Below the pieces are notes generated by a model. That model did no database searches, had not been told where the DNA came from, and saw nothing but the letters and a program-made list of their open reading frames with translations. A stretch of DNA of 64,000 nucleotides. Origin: Mytilus californianus. Taxonomy: Eukaryota. The stretch is taken from the NCBI RefSeq assembly GCF_021869535.1, contig NW_026262668.1, forward strand, positions 85,932,001 to 85,996,000, written 5' to 3'. The position numbers and the translations under genes were made by a program. Shown here one piece after another: positions 36,965 through 49,516 of this stretch (position 1 is its first letter; each line of letters opens with the position of its first letter).

Positions 36965-37123
36965 GAAATAATTCATGGGGGCTTGAATATATCGTGATTT
37001 TACCACGGGTTGGCCCTTTATGACAAATATTTTACCCTGAGCGATAGCGAGGGGTAAAATATCGGCATAAAGGGACAACCCGTGGTAAAATCACGATATA
37101 TTCAAGCCCCCATGAATTATTTC
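36965..37123. mobile_element. Long terminal palindrome of a non-autonomous element (body to ~37590)
   Basis: Near-perfect ~70-bp arms (GAAATAATTCATGGGGGCTTGAATATATCGTGATTTTACCACGGGTT) around TGA-GCGATAGC-GAG. Confidence 0.8.
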
Positions 37124-37654
37124 GATTCTAATAGGACAAATACGGCAATTGTTTTGGATCGAAGCGCTCTAGATGAAGGCATTATTTGCCGTTCCCATAA
37201 ATAAACGCACTATTAAATTGACGTAAAAGACCGGAGCAAACTGAATAAATGACATGCTTAAACTATTTACAATAACATATTTAGATAGGTTTGGATGAAT
37301 CTAAATGATAATTGTACTAATATGTCTTATATGTATACAAAAAATGGCTTATATAACACATTTTTGCATCGTTTGTTTACGTTTCCTTGTTGTGATGATT
37401 TTCGGTTTTACAAGCGTGTATTTTCCCGTAAAATGCTTATATTCTTACGTCATCGTTCTATGACGTCGGGTAGCTCATTCATAAAAAAACATATGACGCG
37501 GGAGTACGATTGGAACAGCCCAAACAATATATTCATATTTTACCACGGGTGTGTACTCACAGCGTTTGAAGAACGTCATGTTAGAATGGCAATTATACCA
37601 TATCTCCTTATTTTTTTTATTTTTTTTTTTTTTAACTAAATACGTTTAATATTC

Positions 37655-38055
37655 TCAGGTAATAAATTTTACGGACGCCATCACGAGTTGGTTGACCGTT
37701 ATGGAATACTAGTAACCGTTTCACAGATGATATCGGATATGTTCCTTATGTCGTAACTACAATACCCTTCTCTTTTCACGAATGTGACCTACCGAATTAG
37801 ACTATTTACCGGATTTGTAACAACATAAGCAACACGACGGGTGCCACATGTGGAGCAGGATCTGCTTACCCTTCCGGAGCACCTGAGATCACCCCCAGTT
37901 TTTGGTGGGGTTCGTGTTGCTTAGTCTTTAGTTTTCTATGTTGTGTCATCTGTACTATTATTTGTCTGTTTGTCTTTTTATTGTTGGCAATGGCGTTGTC
38001 AGTTTGTTTTCGATCTATGAGTTTGACTGTCCCTCTGGTATCTTTCGTCCCTCTT
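37655..38055 (+). mobile_element. Penelope-like element 3' fragment (same family as 51690-52220)
   Basis: TAAATTTTACGGACGCCATCACGAGTTGG...CCCTCTGGTATCTTTCGTCCCTC is shared with 51850-52217. Confidence 0.8.
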
Positions 38056-41000
38056 TTTTAACATGTAAGAATTAGCTTTCAGTACCTGTGGGTACTTTGA
38101 GATCGGTACTCTTTGTCTTTCATTATAAAAATGTAATTGTTTTAGGCTTAATTTAATATCGATTAGTTGAGCTGTTTCCAACTGAATTTTACAGGGTTTT
38201 TTCTTCTTATATTGTGCTGTTACACCAGAGTGTTGAGCGCTGACAAACGCGTTTAATCAGGCCAAATTCTATATTGGCTTCCCAAGTCAGGAGCTTTCAA
38301 TTCAGTGGATGTCGTTGGGTACTTTCTGTCCTTTTTGGGTTAATTTTACTCTTGTAAAAATGTTTATTTTCGTTTGAACTGTTTACATTTTTCGAAGTCA
38401 ATGCCTTATATACTATAGTATCTGATAAAACGGTATGAGTATTTGCTTATTGTTGACGACAGCACGAGCCACTGTAGTCGTAATTCACGCCATTTGGACT
38501 ATGTTTGATAGTTGGACGCTCCAAACGGATCCAGGTATATACATGTCGGAGTGTAAGTAAATCGAAAAAAGAATGCATGCTAAGCATACTAATGCTTTTG
38601 AAGAGAAAATTGAAAATATTTGTTGAACCGGGACAGACTGGCGGACGGACAGACAGAGAGTTTGCAATATGAGTGCAGGTACAATATTTAATCAGTGTAT
38701 GTATCTTAGATGCTAGTGGTAAGGAAGTCTGGATCAAAACGGGGTAATCTTTACTTGTTAAAAAATATTTTATACTATTTAGAATAATAATTGCATGCCT
38801 ACTGGATATTAATACAATAGCAAGTCACAAGGATAATGAAAGCTGTGAAACAATAAAAACTAAGCTTTTTGATACAAAGAAACAAGGAGAAAAACCAAAC
38901 AAATTATGCAACAAAACAAGTGTTGCTAGAATAGTAATATATGCACATAAAGCATGAAATATATGTAGGACTCAAATCTATGGCGGGTTCCAAATATATG
39001 GCAGATTCCTAATCTATGGCAAATATGATGTTACAAACGCCAAACAAATCAAATCTATGGCAGATTTTTGTTTTCTGCAAATCTATGGCAGATTTAGGAA
39101 TTACGTAATTTTCCGGGAAAAAGAGTAACATATAACGTCACAATAAAATAACGCCATATAAGTCCTCGACGACAGTAAAGTTGTTGGCTCTCCAAACTTT
39201 CCTGAAGTCCTGTGTTTAAAATTCTCAGGAAAACACTTTCCGCTTTCCCTCTAGAACAATTTACCGATGGTTTAAATGAAGATGTGATCTTTTATCCATA
39301 CGGGTTCAATTATTTTGTTGGACCCCCTGATCGAATGATTTTAAGACTGGATTTTTCGGCTTCACCACCATGCATGGTGCATTCACGAGTAAGAGCAGGT
39401 GTTGGTTTAATCGAAGAAAGACAAGTGTGTCTTTGTATCGGGTACACTAATTTACAAAGCATATAAAAATGCGACTGTAAGTGTTTGTCATGTTCAAAAA
39501 GGTACAATCATTTATCATTATCATTTCATCATCCTTAATATATATGTAATATTTGTCGCTGGATATAAGACAAACATCAGTAGCATCATCATCATCATAA
39601 TTATTATAGCTTGAGGCTAAATATTCGTCGTATTTATTATAGCTTATAAGTATCATAGCTTGAGGCTAAATTCTTATCTGATAGTTTAGCCAATTTATGT
39701 CGAGAACTTATTTTACGCATGCATCTCTTTTCTACATAGTTTTTATAAATGTCCAAGTTAAAGCTAATAGAGATCATAGATGTATGTTTATCAAATGATC
39801 ATATCTACTCACAATTAAAACAGTTAGAAAGGGATTGACTCGTCACAAAAACAGCAATTACTAGTATTTCCAAATAAACTCCATGTACCGATCTTAGAGT
39901 ATTCACAGCTACTTAACACTATCTTAAAAACAACTACAACTAATAAATACAGAATAATTATCCAGTCTAGAATATTAATCAATTATTTCGTACTGTTACA
40001 CCACTGTATTAGGTAAGTGGGCCCGTTAACATGTTTAACCCCGCCACATTATGTATGGATGTGACTGTCCCAAGTAAGGAGCCTGTAATTCAGTGGTTAT
40101 CGTTTGTTGCTGTGCTTTCGTTCATTTTTTTGTACATTATTTAGGCCGTTAGTTTTATAGTTGTAGTTGTTTTACATTTGTGATTTTGTGGCCTCTTACA
40201 GCTGACTATTCGGTATGGGCTTTGCTCATTGTTGAAGGTCGTACGGTGACCTATAGTTGTTAGTTTCTCTGTCATTTGGTCTCTTATGAAGAGTTGTCGA
40301 ATTGGCAATCATACTACATCTTTTTGTACATATCACAAATTAAGTAAAAAAGTACATAAACACTAGAAAAGCAAGACCTTGTGTCATGTCAAAAGCACAG
40401 AGTGTCTGTAGAACCATTAGTGTTCATAACTGTATAGCAGCTTATATGTACTTTCTATAAAATGTAATGATAATTTATCAGTAAAAGACACATGATTATT
40501 TGTTAGTGGAATTATATGTAGCTAAATAAATGAATATTCATATTAAAAGAAACATTAGAAACGAGAATATGTGTCCATTAGATTACACGCCAGTATCACA
40601 TTTCCGTGTTAAGTGAGCCCTAAATCCAGGAAAAAATCCAATTCAGTTTGTAGTCTTCAACTTTTAAATCTCGTGCGAGATGTCTTAATTAATGTTCAAA
40701 CATTGTTGTTTTTAAAACGTATTTATCAAAGTCAAACGACAATCATTTAATTTTTTTTTGGTGCCATACAATTTGTGATTATTGCCGGATACAAGATATT
40801 TGAAAGAGGGCGTAGTTCCCGATAATTGAATTTATACTGCCGAGTGGAGCAACGCGAAAAAAAATTAGACGATTTTATACTAAACATTTGTATAGATAAC
40901 GTGGAAAACGTGAGATTTTCAAAATTATTTGGCGATCGAAAGGGGGAAGTACGCCCTCTACCCCTGTATCATTGCACGTTTAGGTATACATGGACAAAAA

Positions 41001-41529
41001 CCTCATCCCATGCATTATTATAGTTGAAGACTAAAAAACACTATTTGATAAATGTATCAATGATATAATTTTCTGTCAAATTATCTTGAACTAAATTATA
41101 GAACATTTTTTTTTAAAGTTAGTCGCGTACACCTTTTACATTCGGGTGTGTTGGAATCTACTTTTTAAACGTTAAAACTTATAAAAACAAAAGAAGAGAT
41201 AAACTTCTCGCTTCGAATTTCATTATTTTAATATTTTCATGCTAAATTTTTATTTGGTAGTTTTTAAAATTCACATTTTGAGAAGAACTGAAATATGGGT
41301 CAAGTGAAATGACAAGAAATGATGGGTGTATTTGATTACAAGTTGATAGCTTAAGTATTCCATTAAAATATTTTTGTCAATAAAATCATTCAAAATTTAA
41401 TAACAAAATATTAAAAGATTAAAATAAGTAGTTGGGATTGATTTTTACATTAAGTCTATCTAAGCAAAAAATGCGTGTTCAAAAAGCAAAAAGTGCATGC
41501 AGTGTATGCTCCCCTCCGTCATGATTCAA

Positions 41530-42946
41530 TGCAATAGGACGAAATACGTTGAGTTAGGTCGGTTATGTCGAGTAAAGTCATTTTATTGGAAATCTCTATT
41601 ACGCTTCATGGTACGCATTACTAGGTTTCATTACGTTATTCTAGGCATTATTACGTGTCGATGCGTATTACTACGCATGTTTACCTTCTTCTATGTATAA
41701 TCAAACCACGTCAGAATTAATAGTTTGTGTTTGCTCATTTGTATCACTTGTATTAGTTACTTCATCATCAGGCGACGGACTTACTTTGCGGCCTCTACTA
41801 TGCCCTCCACGACCCATTCCTCTGCCTCTGGTCTTCATCAGAACGGTCTGGTTTGAAACACACTAAAAAGATAAATCAAATACCGGTAGAAGGGAAATTG
41901 GAATTAAAACGACAACGTGCAACGTAAAACATTTCAAAAGAGCAATTAACATAAAAGGGAAAGCATTGACAAGGTTTTCACCAAGGCTTTGAAATTTGTT
42001 CATGATTCAACAAAAATGCTATCTGAAAAAAACCCAATAACAAAAAAATCTTGCTTTTACAGTACAAAAAAATAAAAAAAATTTAGACCATAAAATAGGA
42101 ACAATATAATCATACTATTAAATGAGAAGACCTCATTTTGTGTGTTGCTTCTCTTCCTTCCACAATAAACTAGTCATCACACCTCTGTGTCCTATAGGTA
42201 CCATGCATAGTTGCATTTGTCATCCTTGGTTATGATTATTCAGTTTGGGTTATTTTGAGAGAAAAACGAAAATAAAGGTGTCCGGATATTGTTTCCGTCA
42301 TCGGATGGCCTTTATTTATAATATACGTATGTTCAAAGTGTACAGAAAAAACGCGAAAATAATTGAAATTAACAGAAAAAAAAAAAAAACGAACTTTGGA
42401 AAAAAGGGGGAAGGCGATTTCTAGTCTAATTGAAATGACAGATGTATTAATATTAATAAAGTGTACCTTTGTTGAAGTCTCTTGATTTTTTGAAGTTACT
42501 TTGCTCCCTCTCTGCATCTCTGTCTTTTCTGAATTTTATTAATTAATGACGCCGTTTCATAGGTCAATGATCACAGCGTAGTGACACGTGATTCTGCGTA
42601 GAATAAACGTGCAAAACCGTAGGAAAACGTGCGAAAACGTACTTCCACCGTAGTGAACCGAATTAGAAACGTACTGAACCCTTGTAATACGTAGTGAAAC
42701 GTAGTAAAACGTAGTTTATACGTAATGAAACGTATTAAAACCTAGTAGAACGTGCCCAGTGTATTTATCGAAAAACCTAACAAACCGTAACAAAACGTAA
42801 CAATACGTAGAAGAACGTACCAAAACGTGGCATAAACCTAGTAAAACGTACGGACCGTTAAAAAATGGAAAAAAAATAAAAGGAAAGGTAGCATTTCTAA
42901 ACTTCTAAAACCTAGCTGTCGAAACGTGACAGTGTGACTGGAGGCT
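41530..42946 (-). mobile_element. Longer relative of the Harbinger-like element, inverted
   Basis: Ends GAAACGTGACAGTGTGACTGGAGGCT|TAA, has many AAACGTA motifs, and shares an ACCTAACTC(G/A)ACGTA segment with 31300. Confidence 0.6.
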
Positions 42947-44203
42947 TAAACATTGTTCAGTTACTCATTTACTTGTGTTTTTTTTTCTATAAAATTTGGA
43001 ATATATGCATTAAATATTAATCTCTACCATAATATGAAACAAAATTACATGTAGCAGCACCCCTTTTAGTCCAAAGTGGCATATTGTAAGTCCTTAGTGC
43101 ACTAAGGAGTCCGAAGCAGTGTTTAAACGCACCCTATTTTCATCATTTTTAATTTCTTCCGTCTTATTTTCTGTACACAGGCAGTTTATGTAGATGATTG
43201 GCAGGAAATAAAAAATAGTAAATTGAACCCATATAATTAGTCTCTGTTTTATTGTTTTAAAAGCTAAACATCGACATGAACTAGTGACTTTTCTGTTACT
43301 TTTTTTCCTAAATATACATGTACAAAATGTGAAAGTTTGTTACTTTTTCATGCGACCATTTTTTACAGTGAATTATTTCCGTTTACTTTGTTGATACATT
43401 AATGGCGTACATTCTGTACATTTTTCCGGCTCGGAGTAATCATGTGTTAAAGCAATACCGTGTGATTATTCTAACTTATTTTGGACTGAATTATGTAAAG
43501 TTATGTGTATTCATATTCAATTTATTCAGCAAAGGTGTATCACAGCAATACGTTTCTAATGTATAACTTCCAAGGCATGTTATCACCTTCAATTCCGGTA
43601 CACTCATACTAATTAGCTGTGAATTGGAAGTTTACGGAACAATTTCAATTAGTCAAATGAAAATAAGGTAACTATTGTCACTCTGTAATGACATGAGATG
43701 CACCAGTGAATTTTGAATTGGTATTTTCTGCTCACTTTTCGTTTTGATCCCATTCATATTTTCGAGATTATCACGCATAATGTTTAGACATTCCACGATG
43801 TAACTTTATTATTGTGTTATCAATGTATTCAAAACGCTCTAATGATGGTCTGGATGGGGCTCCCTCTTTTCTGTATTCTTTAATTTTTTATGTCATTTTT
43901 TCTTGGTTCCATATTTTTTTGCCCTTTATTCTTTATATTTAGCACCTTACTATTCTTAATTCCATATTTTTTTGGTCAATTTTTCTCTATTCTGTATTTG
44001 TGGGCCCATTTTTCAGTTGTATTGGCCTATTATTCACTATTCTTTAAACCTGGGACTATTATACTAATATAGTACTATAGTCCCAGTTTAAACCCCATCC
44101 AGACCCTCTCTAATTGCGTGATACTTTAAGGTCTTTTTTAGTTATATAGCTCTTCAACTGTTTCGGTTTTATTCATCCTTGACTTTCAAATATTCGGTTT
44201 TGA

Positions 44204-44245
44204 GCGTTCCTGATGAAGGTAAATCCAGAAAAGCGCTTCGGACGC
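44204..44245 (+). ncRNA. Variant minimal hammerhead ribozyme (reduced stem II); related copies at ~61075-61117 (+), ~62381-62422 (-), ~63874-63915 (-)
   Basis: GCGTTC-CTGATGA-AGGTAAATCCA-GAAA-AGCGCTTC-GGACGC: stem I pairs, palindromic stem III AAGCGCTT, UUC site. Confidence 0.65.
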
Positions 44246-45073
44246 ATGCAATTTATAACGTGTTGTTTTCATTTCTTAATTTTATAACACATGCGATATT
44301 CAATATTTTAATAGTTATGAATCCTTTTTATAAAAGTTTGTCTTTCTTTAACGTTTTCAAGTCTATGTATATCACAGCTTGTGAGTAAGTAAAATTTCCA
44401 TGAAATGTATAGGAATATTTCATTTTCAAAACGTCTTCATTCATAAACTTTATAAGCGTTGTCTATGTAATAATTTCCAGTCAACATGATCATTGATATT
44501 TACAATACACACTGGCCATGCATGACATATACGAGGGGTATGGCACGTGTAAAAAAAAACCTGTATAGCTTTATAAATCTTAAAACAAAAATTTATAATT
44601 GATAACAAATAAGATTTTTTTTAATAGTAAGCATACATTTTGAAATTTTGTATTCCAGCAGTGGTCCTTGTTCGTCTATCCTTCCTGATTTCTTCCATCT
44701 CTTCTCTTGCTGGCCAACTTCTTGGAAATACATAGTTCGCTATTAGATGTCTCATTTGATATACTGACTCACCATCATTCCACTTATAGATCGGTAAGCC
44801 AGAAAATCTGGCTTTTTGTCTAAGTTTGTCAAAATGGAAATGAGAATCAGTAACCATAATAACACTTGGAATGTTACATTGATAAAGGGATACATTATTT
44901 TCATATGAAATGATATTTTCTACATCTTCCGTTCCTTTTATTGATAACGCCAACATTTTCCAATGTATCAAAGAATATATTGCAGATTGAGGAAATACAG
45001 CATGAATAAACCTCTACATCGAATCTGTTTTTCCTATTGTAGAATTTCAATAAAGGTATGTCTGTCCATATAT

Positions 45074-48000
45074 CTAATGAACATAATCTTGTAAGTAAGA
45101 CGGCATTTGTCTTTTTCGCCTACCGGTTTGCCCCCGTCCGGACCCGTTATCTAATGTATCAAGACTTTTGTGTTCATAGTTCGGTAACAGCGAGTTTTGA
45201 CTCAAGTCATATACAAATGTTGTGTATAAATTCTGAGGGACATCAACTAACGCATAAAGATCTTTAAGAATTATACGTTCATTTTTTGAATCGGTTGTCA
45301 GAGAATCTGACACAAAGAAGGGATTATCATTATGAAAATCAATAGTCAGAGATTCTGACAAAAAGTTCAAATCATTTTGATTCTCATCATTAAATAACAT
45401 ATATTGATAAAAATCTTTCAGATCCATGTGGATGTTTTGTTCCCATTCATTTTCGACCTTTCCGAGAATATCATTTTTAAGTCTCTGTAAACCATAGATG
45501 TATTTCTCTGTCAATGCACAGTTTAAGTCTATCATGATGCACAACTTCCTCTCTTCTCCTGTCTTTAATCTTTAGCAATACAGGAGACTTAACTTCAATA
45601 ACCACATATGGACCTTTCCAAGGAGCTTTAAATTTCGGAGATATCCCTACTTTCCTAGCTGTATCTAATTTTAATACAATATCTCCTACACAATATTTTC
45701 TGAAGTTAAGATTTAAATCGTAATCTTGTTTTTGACGTTTTTGTGCGGATTTAAGATTTTCCCTGTCGATGTTATGAGCGTCCTTTAAAGAATTTCTTTA
45801 ATTTTGAACAAACTTACAATTATCTTGATCCGGAAAACGTTCATTTATCTGTCCTAAAACAAGATCAATAGGTAGATTTACCTCTCGTCCAAAATCCATG
45901 AAATTTGGTGTAAAACCAGTTTGTCGATTCTCTGTCGCTCTGATAGCACCTGCTAACTGTTGTAGGTTTATATCCCATCTGTTTTGAGTCTTCTTCCAGA
46001 AGCAACGGATTATTTGAGTGATAATTCTATTATATCTCTCTACTTGACCGTTGGAAGCAGGATGATATGCTGATGTTCTTGTCTTTGAAACTTCAACAAG
46101 ATCACACAGTTGTCTAATTTCCCTCCCATCTACATTTTTGCCTTGATCTGTATGCAATACCATGGGATAACCAAATCTGGATATAGTGCTATCCATTAAA
46201 GCTTTGGCTACTATTTCAGCATTCTGATTTGGCAAGGGACAACATCCCAACCACTTAGTAAATTGATCTATGATAACTAGAACATACTTATTTCTTTGTT
46301 TAGTGACTGGCAAAGGTCCAAGTATGTCCAAATGAATGCGTTCAAAAGGAACGCCAGAGTGATAACTACCCAATTCTGCTTTGGCTCTCTTCAGAGGTTT
46401 TTTTTATATCTATTGCATATCTGACATGTTGAAACATAAAGTTTACAATCCATTGTCATTCCGTACCATAAACTGTTTGTCTTAATTTTGCCAAGGTTTT
46501 ATCTTGTCCTAAATGTCCTGCTGATCGTAAATCATGACAGAGATGAAGCATTTCCTGTCTAAGTTTCTTTGATGTTATAAACAATAATCTTGGTGCAACA
46601 GCATCTTCCCAAAAGTAGTAAAGTATACCGTTTCTAAATTCAAGTTGAGATTTCGACTGCCACAAATGTCTTACAACTGGACTATTCATCTGTAGATCTT
46701 GTTTTGAAGGAGAGAAATTGGCGGATAACCAGGTAATAATGGTGCTCAGATCTCTGTCATTCTTTTGCGCATCTCTCAGTTCAGTTTCAGTATAAGGCTG
46801 TAACATCTTCTCCCCTGTAGATGTGACATCTCTAATACTTACAGAACAAACTGTTAGTGGTTTAACGAAGTCTACTTCTTCTTCAAATGTGGACCACTGA
46901 TTTCGGGCTCTTGTACAGTATTTAAAACCTCCGCATGGAAGATTATTAAGTGGAATACTTGGCAAGTACGAGTTGCATTCATTAAGTGTATCCGGAATTC
47001 GGGACAGTGCATCTGCGTTTTCATGTTTTTACCTGGTCTATGTTGTACTATCATACTGTATTGTGATAATTCCTCATTCCACCGAGCCAGTTGACCTTCG
47101 ATATTTTTGAAATTTAATAACCAAATAAGGCTATTATGGTCTGTACGCACAACAAACTGATTGCTAAGTAGATAATGCCTATATTGCTTTGTGAAAGTGA
47201 CAATAGCTTATAACTCCTTTCGAGTCGTGCAGTACTTCTTATGAGCTGGTGTAAGAACTTTACTTGAAAAGCTTATTGTTCTCTCTTTATCCTCTTGTAG
47301 TTGGCTGAGTTCAGCACCGATGGCCTTGTCGGAGGCATCAGTATCGAGTATGAAGGTAGCTTCTGGATCGGGATAGGCCAAAACTGAAGAATGTATCAGC
47401 GCCATTTTTAATTGTTGAAAAGTATTTGTTTGTTCTTCAGTCCAGACAAACTCTGATTTTTCTCCTGTTAATTGATGCAAAGAAAAAGCAATTTCAGTAT
47501 AACTACTTATGTGCTCTCTGTGGTAGTTTGTAAACCCGAGAAAAGATTCGAGCTCTTTCTTTTTCTTGGCCAATTTTTATTATTGTCTGCATATTCTCTG
47601 TATTTACCGAAATACCATCTTTGTTTACAATTTTCCCTAAAAACTTGACTTCGTTTTGAAATAGGAAGCATTTTGATGGTTTAAGTTTTAAATTGTAGAA
47701 TTGAATTCTTTTTATGATGTTTTCAAGCTTTATCAAATGATCATCAAAGCTGTGACCTAGAACGATGACATCATCCAGATATGCAAGGCATTCTTTCCAT
47801 GTAAGTCCGTTCAAAACTAGCTGAATGACTCTACTGAAAGTTGCTGGTGAGTTGCATAGTCCAAACGGCAAACGGACATGTTCGACAAGTCCATATTTCG
47901 TTACGAAAGCTGTCTTATATCGATCTTTCTCATCGATTTCTATTTGCCAGTATGCTGCAGCCATATCTAAAGTACTCATATATACACTTCCTCTCAATGT

Positions 48001-49495
48001 ATCCATGCAGGACTCAATCTTTGGCAAAGGAAAGACATATTTAGTCGTTACTTTATTTAACAGACGAAAATCAATACAATATCGCAGACTGCCATCTTTC
48101 TTTCTTAATAAAATAGGACAGGAACACCAATTCAGAGATAGACGGTTTAATAAACCCCTTATCCAGCATTTGATTTAGGTGTTTTTCTTCTTCATTTTTC
48201 AAATTTGAGTGGAGTTCTACGCATTTGTTGTTTAATCGCTGCTGCTTCTCCTGTATGTATCTGATGTTTAATGTTTCCATTAAACAATCCTAGATCCATG
48301 TCTCCTTCAGCAAAAGTATCCTGAAATTCAATAAGTATTTCAGCAATCTAAATGCTACGATTTATGTCAAAGTCCTTTACTGTTCGAGTATACAAATCTT
48401 GTAGGTGTTCTGGAATCTTAGAATTGAGATCTTTCAATTTGTTAACTTTATTTACAGAATTTTCATCATTTTGTAAAGCACGAACGGTCATTTTCGATTT
48501 TGAATGACATAAGACATTTTCTTTGGTGAAACGCTGATCCTCCGGGATATTTTGTACATTATATTTTGGGGACAGACTGACAGAAAATCTATCACCTAGG
48601 AGCGGACTGACAGAAAATCTGTCACCTACCTTTTCCCATGTCACGAAATTACAAGATGACGAATTGACAGAAAATTTGTCACTAATGTTTTTATGTTTTT
48701 TTTACCATACGGATTTTCGGCATTGACAGAATTTTCAGCCAAATAATCATCATGATCAGTTACAATATTGTCTACTTCCATACCAATACCAAATTTATGA
48801 CCTCTTTTCAATGTAATAAAACTGTCGGTGTCATTTCGCAATACAGCCTTCACTGTTTCATCTTTAGAATTTAAAGTGTTAGGAGACAATAGACCTTTCA
48901 AATTAGATTTCGGTTGAATGATAATATTATCTGTAGGGGTATGATAAATTTCCATATAAACTATTTTCAAACTATGAGGTGGAACAACTGTCTTTTTCTT
49001 AATACTAATTCTGTATTAATTTATTTCTTCTCCTTCATTTCCAACCAAACAGACAGGTTGTATTGCCTCATTATCTATGCAGACTGTGTAGTTTGCCATA
49101 TCAATAACTGCACCAAAATCCTCAAAGAAATCAATACCCAGAATGATATTATCATTTATGGTAGCAGTAACAAACCTCCATTTTGATTTTAACTTTCCTA
49201 TTTCAGTAGGTATCTCTTCTGTATATATAGCATCAATCTTGGAGTTCTTTCCAGCTCAACGTAAAACTAAATGCTCTTTGAGTTTAATTGTTGACTATAA
49301 AAGTGGTAAACTTGAAGTACTGAAAACAGATATTTGAGCAGCACTATCTACTACAGCTTTAAATTTCTTTCCTAAAATTTTCATCTCAATAAACAAGGTT
49401 TTAGATTTTTTTGTTATTATCGTATGAAAAGATTTCTTGAACCGAAAACTCCTGTTCTTGATCGGACATTTCAGGTGGTGGTCGGTCTGTATCAT
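45074..49495 (-). pseudogene. Gypsy pol (protease, RT, RNase H, integrase with GPY module), many frameshifts
   Basis: VVDSAAQIS; TLDMAAAYWQ, PFGLCNSPATF, YLDDV; LDTDASD, RTDH, RWNEELSQY; HDLRSAGH; IHLDILGPLP, HTDQG, SNGQVER; PWKGPY, HHDRLK, and a tail ending PSYLQDYVH. Confidence 0.92.
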
Positions 49496-49516
49496 CTGAA
49501 AAGGTCAAGGATTGAC

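Noticed and set aside
32487-38556. ~100-bp direct repeat at ~32487 and ~38456 as LTRs of a 6-kb element
   Set aside because: There are no TG..CA ends, PBS or retro-coding sequence between them; they are most likely dispersed copies of a small repeat.
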